Sequence record: NC_054916.1
DNA from: Escherichia phage vB_EcoM-G28
DNA: 64,000 bases
Direction: 5' to 3' (one strand)
Part shown: positions 9,555-19,273 of the stretch, in pieces
How positions within the stretch are numbered: the stretch's first letter is position 1
Layout of the letters: the number at the start of each line of letters is the position of its first letter
Program-made: the position numbers and the translations under genes
The notes under the pieces: generated by a model
Database searches by the model: none
The model's input: only the letters and a program-made list of their open reading frames with translations
Told to the model about the DNA's origin: nothing

Positions 9555-9877
9555 ACCTTAGTAATTTTCAGGTCTGCAAATTTTTTCTTGCGTTGATTTT
9601 TCATACGACGAATAGTCTTATCGGAAATTTCACGCTTTTGATAAGCTTTAGATTCTACACCGAAAGCTTTAACATCAAATTCTGACAAGATATATTGAAC
9701 CAACAATTCACGGACAGTATTGCGTCCAATCTTCTGATCATTCTGTTTCATCGTCTGATGAAGCTCTTTTTCCCATTTATCCAAAATTTGAGGAGTTACA
9801 ATATCGCCTTTTTCTAACAAAGAAACTACTTTATCATATGCGTAAGAATTGATGGCGTTTTTAATTTGAATAGTCAT
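9551..9877 (-). CDS. Hypothetical early protein (108 aa)
   Basis: ORF in track. Confidence 0.5.
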   Translation of the reverse strand: MTIQIKNAINSYAYDKVVSLLEKGDIVTPQILDKWEKELHQTMKQNDQKIGRNTVRELLVQYILSEFDVKAFGVESKAYQKREISDKTIRRMKNQRKKKFADLKITKV

Positions 9878-9929
9878 ACATTATCCTCAATTACGTTAAA
9901 ATTTTATTATCCAAAAAGGGCCGAAGCCC

Positions 9930-10130
9930 TTAGCTAAACTTTTTGGCACCCTTCCAGCCTTCATACATCATTGCGGCTGATATTAATATTGCTCCTGAGC
10001 AACTTGAATATTTGTGGTTCCAAAACCAATTCAGAAAAACTTCGTCGTCAATACCTTGGGCTATCATATTTTCAAAGAATTGACGACGAGCTTCGGCAAT
10101 TCGCTGTGATAATTTAGATTCAGGATTCAT
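9930..10130 (-). CDS. Hypothetical early protein (66 aa)
   Basis: ORF in track. Confidence 0.4.
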   Translation of the reverse strand: MNPESKLSQRIAEARRQFFENMIAQGIDDEVFLNWFWNHKYSSCSGAILISAAMMYEGWKGAKKFS

Positions 10131-10349
10131 TTAAATTTCCCACCAATTGCCATTTTCATCAATGAATTTAATCCAGTCATTTACTGACCACTTGGTCGTA
10201 TCACCTTTTGGAGCAACATTTAAAGTATATAATCCTTGTTTAAAAAGCATGCGTTTGATATTCATATTTTCCTCAGCTGTAACGATAACACTCGTTTGAT
10301 TTGCGCTTAGCAACTCGTTGAGAAGTATTATAATCAAAATCATCATCAA
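10131..10349 (-). CDS. Hypothetical small protein; true start probably internal (MNIKRMLFKQ...)
   Basis: ORF in track; N-terminal extension overlaps upstream gene. Confidence 0.35.
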   Translation of the reverse strand: MMMILIIILLNELLSANQTSVIVTAEENMNIKRMLFKQGLYTLNVAPKGDTTKWSVNDWIKFIDENGNWWEI

Positions 10350-10566
10350 TGTAAACTGATTTTTTCAACTTTCTTACTTCACCACGTAATTGGCGATTTA
10401 GCTCATCTTTAACTTCTGAGTCAATGCCTTTCATTCTACGCCATTTATCTGAGCGAAAAATGTTTTCAACCATATCTTTATGACTTACACCATCAGGAGC
10501 TTTACGCTTTCCGAAATAGTCATAATCACGAACTTTTAAGTCTTTACGACGATACGTTTTACCCAT
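10273..10566 (-). CDS. Hypothetical basic protein (about 97 aa from MGKTYRRK)
   Basis: ORF in track trimmed to internal ATG that overlaps the stop of the upstream small ORF. Confidence 0.45.
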   Translation of the reverse strand: MGKTYRRKDLKVRDYDYFGKRKAPDGVSHKDMVENIFRSDKWRRMKGIDSEVKDELNRQLRGEVRKLKKSVYIDDDFDYNTSQRVAKRKSNECYRYS

Positions 10567-10735
10567 TGAGTTTAATTTCCTTAGCAACTGAACTAAATAC
10601 AGCACGATCGCAAATCATCTGTTTATTCCATTTAAGTACAGTATAATGAACATCTAGATCATCTACTGCTGTAACAATAACAATATGTCCGTTAACACGA
10701 TAATACTGATCTCTTTTAATCTCTTTATCAACCAT
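10559..10735 (-). CDS. Small protein (58 aa), not in ORF track
   Basis: ATG at 10733-10735 just downstream of an early promoter; translation MVDKEIKRDQYYRVNGHIVI... Confidence 0.4.
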   Translation of the reverse strand: MVDKEIKRDQYYRVNGHIVIVTAVDDLDVHYTVLKWNKQMICDRAVFSSVAKEIKLNG

Positions 10736-10765
10736 ATCAAATCCTCAAAGGCAATTCATATGTTA

Positions 10766-10795
10766 ATAATACCACAGTTTGAACTTCTTGTAAAC
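10766..10795 (-). promoter_or_regulatory. Early promoter (GTTTAC -35, 18-nt spacer, TATTAT -10)
   Basis: Member of a conserved repeat family found upstream of minus-strand early genes. Confidence 0.6.
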
Positions 10796-10892
10796 AACTT
10801 TGTGAAATTATTTTAAGGAATGATAAGAAGGGAACGATAGCTTAGAATGGTAATATACAGAATGTGAGAAAGAAAGGCCCAGAGGGCCCGTC

Positions 10893-11201
10893 TTAGTCTT
10901 CTATGATATCTCTATCATATCCAAGTGAAATGAGAGTTTCTTTGAAGTGTTTAATGTTCTTTTGTCTAGAATCATTAATGAAAATGACTGGATAACGAAT
11001 GTTAAGAGATGTGAATCCAGCTCGTTTAGCAAGAGATACAATCAGTGGACGATCATACTCAATCTTACCATTATTTGTAAGAACTTTATAGAAAGTAAAA
11101 GGAGCATTGAGCTCCTTTAGAAGTTTTGTAACTGATTGACATCCAGGACAACGACCTACTTCATCTGGAATTCCATAGACTTCAATCTTATTTTGTTTCA
11201 C
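10893..11201 (-). CDS. nrdH: Glutaredoxin-like protein NrdH
   Basis: 102 aa; CPGC redox motif near N-terminus; adjacent to nrdG/nrdD. Confidence 0.8.
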   Translation of the reverse strand: MKQNKIEVYGIPDEVGRCPGCQSVTKLLKELNAPFTFYKVLTNNGKIEYDRPLIVSLAKRAGFTSLNIRYPVIFINDSRQKNIKHFKETLISLGYDRDIIED

Positions 11202-11203
11202 AA

Positions 11204-11440
11204 CTATTCCTTACTAAGAGCAGCATTCAGCTTGTTAGTAATTTTATCCAGACGCTCATTGAACTCACTAGAAGATAAGCCCTTTTCTGGAGAAATTAAA
11301 CTAATAACGAAAAATACAACAATAAAAGGAATAAGAAAAATAGCTCCAACTGCCATAAACAGAAAGAATGTTACAGTTGTAAGAAAATCAGCTAAACCTT
11401 TACGAAATTTATACATATTTACCCTTAATTTATTAACCAA
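11204..11440 (-). CDS. Small membrane protein (78 aa)
   Basis: ORF in track; central hydrophobic helix. Confidence 0.45.
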   Translation of the reverse strand: MVNKLRVNMYKFRKGLADFLTTVTFFLFMAVGAIFLIPFIVVFFVISLISPEKGLSSSEFNERLDKITNKLNAALSKE

Positions 11441-11530
11441 GCATTGATAAGTACTAAACTATACTGCGAATAAAATTCTGGACCAAAATGAAAAATCATA
11501 TCATTTATAGTATCAATAATATAATTCAGT

Positions 11531-12001
11531 TTAATCATGTTTCCACACCCCATCGGTATTTGACCAAAGTCGCTGATTATCTGAACCTCGCCACAGCTTT
11601 TTGGTCGGAAGATTTTTCTCATACTTCCCATCAATAATAACATCAACATATTTAAGCATTTCTAGTTGTTTAATATCTTCAAACTTATATCCTGTCCACA
11701 ACCAAATGCTTTTATTGGGATAAAGATTTTTAATAGTTTGAACCACAGAGTGAATCACGTCTCTGTTATCAGGATAAAGAGGGTCTCCTCCAGTTATAGT
11801 TAATCCTTCTATATAATCATTATTCAAACATTCAATTAATTGCTCTAGTGTTTCACCAGTGAATGGAATGCCATTTCTAGCATTCCATGTTGATTTATTA
11901 TAACACCCTTCACATTTATGCAAACAACCTGTAACGAAAAGAACGACCCTGCAACCAGGGCCATTCACAAAATCGCAAGGATAAAATCTATCATAATTCA
12001 T
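11531..12001 (-). CDS. nrdG: Anaerobic ribonucleotide reductase activating protein (radical SAM)
   Basis: 156 aa; CxxxCxxC radical SAM cluster motif (GCLHKCEGC). Confidence 0.95.
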   Translation of the reverse strand: MNYDRFYPCDFVNGPGCRVVLFVTGCLHKCEGCYNKSTWNARNGIPFTGETLEQLIECLNNDYIEGLTITGGDPLYPDNRDVIHSVVQTIKNLYPNKSIWLWTGYKFEDIKQLEMLKYVDVIIDGKYEKNLPTKKLWRGSDNQRLWSNTDGVWKHD

Positions 12002-13815
12002 TGGTGTTTAACCCTATGCATGATTTCTTTATTTTTACCGAGATTAAATCCGCGTTCGTTCGGATTTCCCAAATAACCACATGTTCTTCTTATTGTGTTC
12101 ATCTTTTTAGGATCAGTTTCTCCACAAATAGAACAAACAAATCCGCTTTCAGTAGGAGTCATTTCATGGGTACTTCCGCATGTAAAACATTTATCTACCG
12201 GCATGTTAACACCAAAATAATCTAAATGTTGTGCAGCATAATCCCATACGGCCTCAAGACCCTTTAAGTTATTTTTCATATCAGGAAGTTCAACATAAGA
12301 AATGTGACCACCTGTCGCAATGAAATGATATGGTGCTTCACGAGAAATCTTTTCAAACGGAGTAATATTTTCTTCTACTGAAACATGGAAACTGTTAGTG
12401 TACCAGCCTTTATCTGTAACATCTTTTACGCTTCCATATTTTTCTGTATCGAGTTTACAGAAGCGATAACAAAGGTTTTCAGCAGGAGTCGAATATAAAC
12501 TAAAAGCAAAACCGGTTCTTTGAGTCCACTGCTTAAGATGAGCATTCATTTTAGTTAAAATTTCTTGTCCAATATCACGACCGACAAGAATATTCAATTC
12601 GTGAATACCAATGTATCCTAAAGACACTGAACTTCTACCGTTTTTAAATAACTCAATTATGTCGTCATCAGGTTTAAGACGAACCCCGAATGCACCTTCT
12701 TGGTAAAGAATAGGAGCAACAGTCGCTTTAACTCCTTTTAAGGAACTAATTCTACACATCAAAGCTTCAAAACATAAATCCATTCGTTCATTGAATAATT
12801 CGATAAATTTCTGTTCATTGAACTGTGTTCCAATATAAGAATCTAACGCGATGCGAGGAAGATTTAATGTTACAACACCGAGATTATTACGTCCATCAAG
12901 AATTTCATTACCGGTTGAATCTTTCCACACACTCAAGAAACTACGACAACCCATTGGAGAAACAGGAATAGATGAGCCGGTGATAGCTTTATTGTTCTTA
13001 GCTGAAATAATATCAGGATACATTCTTTTGCTTGCGCACTCTAGAGCAAGCTGTTTAATATCATAGTTCGGATCGTCTTTATAAAGATTAACACCTTCTT
13101 CAACGAACATAACAAGTTTAGGGAAAATAGGAGTTATCCCATCACGACCAAGACCTTTAATACGATTTTTCAGAATTGCTTTCTGAATCATTCGTTCAGT
13201 CCAGTCAGTTCCTGTACCAAATGTAATTGTTACAAAAGGTGTTTGTCCGTTTGAACTAAAGAGAGTATTTACTTCATATTCATAAGCTTGGAATGCATCG
13301 TATACATCTTTTTCTGTTTTAGATTGAGCATAATTCAACGCATCAGCGATTTGCCATTTTTCTGCATCCTCAATATGTTTTGCATAGGTGCGTTTAACAT
13401 AAGGAGAAAGTACTTTATCTACATTCGCAAAAGTCGTTCCGCCGTATTGGTGAGAAGCAACTTGCGCAGTAATTTGTGCCATAATTGCAGTAGCAACTCC
13501 AATTGATTTAGGAGTTTCAATCTGCGCATTACCTAGCTTAAATCCGTTTTCAAGCATTCCTTTTAAATCTACTAAACAGCAATTAGTAAATGGAAGAGCA
13601 GGGGAATAATCAATATCATGGAAATGAATAATTCCGCTTTCATGCGCTTTCATAATAAAAGACGGGACCATATTTTTGGCAATGTGTTTAGACACAATAC
13701 CAGCCATAAGGTCCCGTTGAGTTGGAAAAACACGAGAATCTTTATTAGCATTCTCGTTTAAAAGGTCTTTATTAGTTTTATGAATCAATCCTTCAATTTC
13801 TTTTTCAATTGTCAT
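11998..13815 (-). CDS. nrdD: Anaerobic ribonucleoside-triphosphate reductase, uninterrupted
   Basis: 605 aa continuous ORF; C-terminal zinc ribbon CFTCGS...CSICG and glycyl radical region RRTCGYLG. Confidence 0.95.
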   Translation of the reverse strand: MTIEKEIEGLIHKTNKDLLNENANKDSRVFPTQRDLMAGIVSKHIAKNMVPSFIMKAHESGIIHFHDIDYSPALPFTNCCLVDLKGMLENGFKLGNAQIETPKSIGVATAIMAQITAQVASHQYGGTTFANVDKVLSPYVKRTYAKHIEDAEKWQIADALNYAQSKTEKDVYDAFQAYEYEVNTLFSSNGQTPFVTITFGTGTDWTERMIQKAILKNRIKGLGRDGITPIFPKLVMFVEEGVNLYKDDPNYDIKQLALECASKRMYPDIISAKNNKAITGSSIPVSPMGCRSFLSVWKDSTGNEILDGRNNLGVVTLNLPRIALDSYIGTQFNEQKFIELFNERMDLCFEALMCRISSLKGVKATVAPILYQEGAFGVRLKPDDDIIELFKNGRSSVSLGYIGIHELNILVGRDIGQEILTKMNAHLKQWTQRTGFAFSLYSTPAENLCYRFCKLDTEKYGSVKDVTDKGWYTNSFHVSVEENITPFEKISREAPYHFIATGGHISYVELPDMKNNLKGLEAVWDYAAQHLDYFGVNMPVDKCFTCGSTHEMTPTESGFVCSICGETDPKKMNTIRRTCGYLGNPNERGFNLGKNKEIMHRVKHQ

Positions 13816-14285
13816 TTTAAACTCTTTCTAAGCTGCTTCTTAAATGAAGCTATTAACTGTGTTTTGGTGTCAGATTCATTATATTCAAATCCTCTTTGAA
13901 GCATCTCGGCCATCATTTCCTCTTTTCCTAAACGAGAAAATTCCTTTGATTTATCTCCAACAAAGTTAGGGTGAATATTATTTTGGGTGTAATCGGATTT
14001 TAAATAAGTAAGTAAATTTTCTAACCATTCAAGATAATCAACACCTTGTCCCTTTAAGCCAGAACGATTAAATTTATGCTTCATTTGACCTTCTGCGGCA
14101 TTGCAGAGATTACAAAGCAATCCACGTACCTTTCCAGCTTTCGGTCCGTTTAATTCATGGTCATGGTCGAGGTGATTAGCTTGAACATCAGGATTTAGTT
14201 CTCGTTGGCAAATTAAGCATTTACCGTTTTGCGCATCATAAAATTTCTGTTTTTCTTCTTTATATAATTTGCCAGTCAATAACAT
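13812..14285 (-). CDS. 49: Endonuclease VII (Holliday junction resolvase) gp49
   Basis: 157 aa; CLICQ...HLDHDHELNG...CNLCN motifs as in T4 endo VII. Confidence 0.95.
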   Translation of the reverse strand: MLLTGKLYKEEKQKFYDAQNGKCLICQRELNPDVQANHLDHDHELNGPKAGKVRGLLCNLCNAAEGQMKHKFNRSGLKGQGVDYLEWLENLLTYLKSDYTQNNIHPNFVGDKSKEFSRLGKEEMMAEMLQRGFEYNESDTKTQLIASFKKQLRKSLK

Positions 14286-14326
14286 AATAAACCCTTACCT
14301 TAAATAGATAAGGGTATTTATTATTT

Positions 14327-14812
14327 TCAAGTATTGTAAAACATTTGATGCAATCGCTTATATTGCCGAATCTTTTGGTCAGAAAAATAAATTTGATTTT
14401 CAAGCCATTCAATGTATTCTGCGGCAGCTTGCATCAGGTTACCTTCATAGCCATCGTTATTTTCTTGTGCAGCTAATTTAGCTAATGCGTATGAAATACG
14501 TTCACCTTGAAAATCGGCTTTAGGCTTCTGAACAACTTGATTAGTTCGCTCTACAACTTCTTCAATTTCGCCATTTTCGACTGATTCAGTATTCCACAAG
14601 CACCAATACGTAATTGGCTTATCGTAGATGTTAATAATTTTTCCATCAGAAAGTTCAATTTCAATAATTCCAGTGTCAGGCTCTATATCATCTTCACATT
14701 CTTTTGCAAGTTCACGAACTTTAAAGACAGTACCTGCACTAAGTTCCGGCCAGTAATTACACAGCCCTGTATCAGCACGATTAATTCTAAACCACTTATC
14801 TACTGTAATCAT
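14327..14812 (-). CDS. Protein at the pin (protease inhibitor) position, about 161 aa from second ATG
   Basis: Size and position relative to 49/nrdC match T4 pin; sequence not independently recognised. Confidence 0.45.
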   Translation of the reverse strand: MITVDKWFRINRADTGLCNYWPELSAGTVFKVRELAKECEDDIEPDTGIIEIELSDGKIINIYDKPITYWCLWNTESVENGEIEEVVERTNQVVQKPKADFQGERISYALAKLAAQENNDGYEGNLMQAAAEYIEWLENQIYFSDQKIRQYKRLHQMFYNT

Positions 14813-14902
14813 GTCCCATCTCCATATCAATTAAGTCATTTATCGTTGGTTCATTATATACTGTTTCTTCATCAGTGTAAACCGGTTCTTCCGGCTCTGG
14901 CT

Positions 14903-15106
14903 CTACAGTTTCCCATCTAGCCGCCCACCAAGGTTTAACCCCCGAAGCTTATTAAGTTCTTCATCATCAATCCAGGATTCTAGTCCTGATGGCAGGTCAC
15001 ATTCAATTTCCCAAAGAAGTTCTTCAATTTTCTGAAGACGATCTAGTTCTTCGGCTGGAATAGTAACCATTGACGGAGCTCGTGATACATTAATATCGTA
15101 AATCAT
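14903..15106 (-). CDS. Hypothetical small acidic protein (67 aa)
   Basis: ORF in track. Confidence 0.4.
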   Translation of the reverse strand: MIYDINVSRAPSMVTIPAEELDRLQKIEELLWEIECDLPSGLESWIDDEELNKLRGLNLGGRLDGKL

Positions 15107-15108
15107 AT

Positions 15109-15324
15109 TTACCCCAATTTAACCATACAATCGCCGTATTTCCACTTAGAAATAGACTTTTCACCATTAGAATAATAAACTTCGAGTTTAGCACGATTAT
15201 TTTTAATTTGAATAACCTTGGCTGTCATCAAAGTTCCATACCCATAATAAACTGCAACTTCATCACCTACATATACCGCGCTTCCGCGGTAATCATGAAT
15301 ATAGTCAGTTCCTTCGAGCATCAT
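15109..15324 (-). CDS. Hypothetical small protein (71 aa)
   Basis: ORF in track. Confidence 0.45.
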   Translation of the reverse strand: MMLEGTDYIHDYRGSAVYVGDEVAVYYGYGTLMTAKVIQIKNNRAKLEVYYSNGEKSISKWKYGDCMVKLG

Positions 15325-15584
15325 TTAAAATATTCTCGCAGTTGGTCAAATCCACCAATATGACTTCCATCAGGAGCAAATACCTGGGGCATTGTCAAGC
15401 CGATTTGAGTATCACGACCTAGTTTAGTCAGAAGCTCAGCGATTTTCTCATCATCAAAAACACCTTTTTCCGGCATAATGTTGATAAATTCAAACGGCTG
15501 TTTCTTCACGGTCAAAAGACGTTTTGCATTATCGCAATACACACATTTATGAATGTTGCTATCATAACCATATACTTTAAACAT
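15321..15584 (-). CDS. nrdC: Thioredoxin/glutaredoxin NrdC
   Basis: 87 aa; CVYC active site; matches T4 NrdC in size and motif. Confidence 0.9.
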   Translation of the reverse strand: MFKVYGYDSNIHKCVYCDNAKRLLTVKKQPFEFINIMPEKGVFDDEKIAELLTKLGRDTQIGLTMPQVFAPDGSHIGGFDQLREYFK

Positions 15585-15585
15585 A

Positions 15586-15828
15586 TTATTCCTTAATTCC
15601 TAGTACTTGTTTAAAAGTCTCGTCGTAATCAAGACTTTGGCCCGTTTGTTCTTTATGTTTGTATATAATATCACTTACTTCTGATAGCATATTTTTATAT
15701 GAACGAGTTAAAGCAGATTTAAGCACGCTGTATCTATCAGGAAATTTACCATGTTCATTATAATAAGCTATTGCTAATTCACGGACTGCCTTTTCAGCAG
15801 CCTCCATATATTCTTTACGCTTGGTCAT
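15586..15828 (-). CDS. Hypothetical protein (80 aa), nrdC.1 position
   Basis: ORF in track. Confidence 0.5.
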   Translation of the reverse strand: MTKRKEYMEAAEKAVRELAIAYYNEHGKFPDRYSVLKSALTRSYKNMLSEVSDIIYKHKEQTGQSLDYDETFKQVLGIKE

Positions 15829-15830
15829 TT

Positions 15831-16220
15831 TTAATCCAAAATATTATTAGGCATTGGTTGAACACTCACAAGTTCTTTAAAGAACTCAGTAGAGTCAGGT
15901 AATTTAACCATTTCCGGAGCATGCTTACTGAATTTATGTTTACATTGACGGCATTTATATTCAAGCTCTGGTTTACGCCAGTTAATCAACTGAACTTGTT
16001 CAGTACCGCATTCAGGGCAATTAGGAACGTTTTTAGAAGCTCTTTCACGTCGTTCAACCATAGCCATAATAGCATCCCATGCTGGAGGTTTAAAATCTAA
16101 ATCGTCGCAGCCGTGAATCTTTCCACGCATTTCCATATCATCTTCCTCACCAGCCATAATAATTTTAATTAAACTGGAATTACTTGAAGCTGCAATGTCT
16201 TCTAATAAACGCTTTTTCAT
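15831..16220 (-). CDS. Zinc-ribbon protein (129 aa), nrdC.2 position
   Basis: CPECG...CRQCKHKF four-cysteine motif. Confidence 0.55.
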   Translation of the reverse strand: MKKRLLEDIAASSNSSLIKIIMAGEEDDMEMRGKIHGCDDLDFKPPAWDAIMAMVERRERASKNVPNCPECGTEQVQLINWRKPELEYKCRQCKHKFSKHAPEMVKLPDSTEFFKELVSVQPMPNNILD

Positions 16221-17146
16221 TTCAATACCTCAATAGCATTACGTAAACCATTTGCTTTTGCATTAAGAGCTTTTAACAATTTGGTGTGTTCTGCAATTTG
16301 GGCTTCAACTTCAATCAAACGGGCATTGAGATATTCACGTTCTTCACTCAGATTATCAACCTTTTCTACTTTAGGCTCTTTTACAACTGTCTTATATGTA
16401 TTAGGGTTCTTCAGTTTAATTAGAATGCGTGAACTGTATAACATTGAACCATTATCTTCGGTTTCGTCATACATTTCCACTACGTCCATAATTTTTAACA
16501 TCATGCGGAGTTTATAAGACAACGAACGAATAGTTTTGTTGTGCTTATTAATTTCTTTAGCTGTCATGGTGCCAAGATTACGTGAGTAATAATAAGGAAC
16601 CTGGATATTAATTAATACTGATGAACCACCTGGCTTGTGTGTTACTTCATCAGCAATAACCCAGTCCTTAACATGAACTGTATTTGTACGGTCATCGCCC
16701 GCGGTAAATAGTTTGCGAGCATGCTTAAAAAGCATATTCACTTGGTCATTGAATTGACAAGCAAATTTATCAGCAAATTTAGTTTCAGGAATGGTAGAAA
16801 ACCAATCAGCCAAATAAGTCTTTTTAACATCATTAACAATAGTAAATTCAACCAAATCGGTTATAGATGTCTCAGATTTAATGAAGCTCGGCTTCATAAA
16901 GTTTTTAATGTTCTCATGAGCTACAGTAGAAGATAACATACGAGAACGTTTAAACCATTCAAGCAAATTGCCTAACGAATGAGAATAAGCGTTTTGAGTA
17001 TCTTTACAGATATGATTTTCCTGACCAACATATTGAAGGAAATCACGAAGAATATTATTGATTATTGCTCTGTGTCCTATCTGATAATTACGGTGTTTAG
17101 TAATAAGACTATCAAAATAATCAATATAATGTTTACGAGTTTTCAT
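16217..17146 (-). CDS. Hypothetical protein (309 aa) with C-terminal coiled coil
   Basis: ORF in track; C-terminal amphipathic helix. Confidence 0.6.
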   Translation of the reverse strand: MKTRKHYIDYFDSLITKHRNYQIGHRAIINNILRDFLQYVGQENHICKDTQNAYSHSLGNLLEWFKRSRMLSSTVAHENIKNFMKPSFIKSETSITDLVEFTIVNDVKKTYLADWFSTIPETKFADKFACQFNDQVNMLFKHARKLFTAGDDRTNTVHVKDWVIADEVTHKPGGSSVLINIQVPYYYSRNLGTMTAKEINKHNKTIRSLSYKLRMMLKIMDVVEMYDETEDNGSMLYSSRILIKLKNPNTYKTVVKEPKVEKVDNLSEEREYLNARLIEVEAQIAEHTKLLKALNAKANGLRNAIEVLK

Positions 17147-17198
17147 ATTCTTCTCACTTGGTTAATGGTTTATACTCCGAGCCATCCTTGGCTTTAAA

Positions 17199-18200
17199 TT
17201 ACTTAATTAACTGTAAAGCTTGTTCAAGACGATCAAGACGATTAACAGATTCTTCCCAAATCCTTTTAGCCTGCTCATATTCTTTCTGCGCTTTATTAGA
17301 AATTTCTAGAGCTTCTTTATAAGCTTTTTCTAATGCAATAACTTCTGGACGAATTTCTACCGATTTAGGCGAATCATCAAGATTATCCATTAGTTCCTCA
17401 AGTGTAGTTTCTTCTTTAGGAGTATTCACAATTTCTTCACATTTTTGTTGGTAAATTTCTTTATCAGTCGGTGAGTACGCACATTTTACTTCACGAAGGC
17501 TAATTACAATTTTATATCCTTCCCAACCGCATATATTCTTAAAAGGATAAGTATGAATATTTTCTACTGTTTCCATACAGCCCAAAACCGCCTCTAATTG
17601 ATAAGTTATAGTGCTAGCAATTGAGAAAAATTTATTAATATTCTTTTGGTTAGCGTTTGGTGTAAAAAATCCATAATTCACAAAAATAGCTACTTTATTT
17701 TCATCAAGCTCATATTCTTTTACGATAATCATATCAGAAGCCAAAGGATGAATTTGACGATAATCGCCATAACATAATTTAGAAGCTGATTTTAGAATTT
17801 GTCCTTTGAAAAGTCTGAAATTACTAATCCAACGACGAGTAAAAATATTCTCAGGGTCTTCTTTATTATTAAGATGATAAGAATTAACATCACCGAACCA
17901 ATTATATCCTACTACATCTTTAGTTCGTTTAATTTCTTTCCCAAATTTACTAAGAATATCTCTGTTGACTAAGTATGAAAGAAGACGAGACCCTTTAAAG
18001 GTTTTCTTAATGTCATCTTTATCTGTACGACTAGAAATTTCACGAACTTCATGAATAAATTTGCCGGAAGAAACAATACTTGCATCAGTATTATTGAGCC
18101 ATTGATTGATAATAGAAATCACACTATTCTTACTAGACATAGGTTTAACTTTATCATCAATAACGCTGTTGAACGATTTAATATATTCGTTGCGAGTCAT
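17199..18200 (-). CDS. Hypothetical protein (about 333 aa) with C-terminal coiled coil
   Basis: Start moved to ATG at 18200 with GAGGAG SD because the track start lies inside the upstream promoter. Confidence 0.6.
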   Translation of the reverse strand: MTRNEYIKSFNSVIDDKVKPMSSKNSVISIINQWLNNTDASIVSSGKFIHEVREISSRTDKDDIKKTFKGSRLLSYLVNRDILSKFGKEIKRTKDVVGYNWFGDVNSYHLNNKEDPENIFTRRWISNFRLFKGQILKSASKLCYGDYRQIHPLASDMIIVKEYELDENKVAIFVNYGFFTPNANQKNINKFFSIASTITYQLEAVLGCMETVENIHTYPFKNICGWEGYKIVISLREVKCAYSPTDKEIYQQKCEEIVNTPKEETTLEELMDNLDDSPKSVEIRPEVIALEKAYKEALEISNKAQKEYEQAKRIWEESVNRLDRLEQALQLIK

Positions 18201-18228
18201 ATTAATCTCCTCAGTAGAAAGTAAGAAC

Positions 18229-18258
18229 ATTATACCACATCCTTGTGGCGAAGTAAAC
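18229..18258 (-). promoter_or_regulatory. Early promoter (GTTTAC, 18-nt spacer, TATAAT)
   Basis: Conserved early-promoter repeat family. Confidence 0.6.
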
Positions 18259-19265
18259 TAGTTTAGTGCATTTAGTGCGTTGTTCAATTTAGAACGTTGC
18301 TTCATGAGATTTTTTACTTTTTCTTGAGCTTTTTCTAGCATCTTTTCAGCTTCTAACACTTCATTAGTTGCTTTAACGAGTTCATCATCTACTGCCTTGA
18401 TAGACTTCTCAATCGCATCCGCGTGCCATTTTTCAACAGGTTTAAGACTCGGATTTTCAACAGGAAGAAAATTCACTTTATTGAATTTCCATGCATCATT
18501 ATTACCTGAACTATACATCCAAAATTTAGGATCGTTTGATGAGTAATTAGTTTGGGGTTCAGGTTTTTTCTCTTGTGTAACTTCGTCCTTTCTCAAAAAA
18601 TCATATTTAAATGAAACGATCATATCAAGTTCATATGTTGTCGTATCTAATTTAAATCGTTCGAAATGCTGCGAAATCTTAGATTGAACAGCAGCAACAA
18701 CATCCATATACTTAAATGCTTCTGTCAGCTGTGATTTAAGACATTCACAAATTGAAAGAGAATTTTTTGTATTAGGTTTAAATCTAATTCGTGCAGTTCT
18801 ATTATTTTCTTTTAATGGTCTTACTTCCATCTGAAGAGTATAACCATCAAATTTCAGATTCTTTAAGTTAATATCAGAACCTTTTAATCGACTAGCAGTA
18901 GACAAAATTTGCTTTAATTGTTTACGGAATAAAGCAATAAATCTCCATTCAAGACGATAATGATTTGGATTAAAAAATCCAGTTGATAGATCAGTCTTAC
19001 TTTGACCAACGCCTCGAACAAATAGAGGATTTTTATAATCAATAGTTTTACAGAAATCAACGAGCTGTTCGCGAGCAGTCATTTGTGTAATATATCCTGC
19101 TTCATTAAAATTACGCACCCATTCACTGCTGTTCAGATGTTTAAAGGCGTGAATGGAACAATTAACTTTACCAAGGTCTAAATTATTTTCGCACAAAAAT
19201 GTCATAGCATCACGAGTATAGCTGGCATTACGAACCATATCTTCAATTTGAGAACGAGTTTTCAT
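18258..19265 (-). CDS. Hypothetical protein (335 aa) with C-terminal coiled coil
   Basis: ORF in track. Confidence 0.6.
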   Translation of the reverse strand: MKTRSQIEDMVRNASYTRDAMTFLCENNLDLGKVNCSIHAFKHLNSSEWVRNFNEAGYITQMTAREQLVDFCKTIDYKNPLFVRGVGQSKTDLSTGFFNPNHYRLEWRFIALFRKQLKQILSTASRLKGSDINLKNLKFDGYTLQMEVRPLKENNRTARIRFKPNTKNSLSICECLKSQLTEAFKYMDVVAAVQSKISQHFERFKLDTTTYELDMIVSFKYDFLRKDEVTQEKKPEPQTNYSSNDPKFWMYSSGNNDAWKFNKVNFLPVENPSLKPVEKWHADAIEKSIKAVDDELVKATNEVLEAEKMLEKAQEKVKNLMKQRSKLNNALNALN

Positions 19266-19273
19266 GGTATTCC

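Noticed and set aside
10131-10349. Hydrophobic N-terminal extension MMMILIIILL of ORF 10131-10349 as a signal peptide
   Set aside because: The extension overlaps the upstream gene by 77 nt; a start at the internal ATG (MNIKRMLFKQ) is more likely, so the hydrophobic stretch is probably not translated
11998-13815. Group I intron within nrdD
   Set aside because: The reading frame is continuous over 605 codons with no interrupting structured insert
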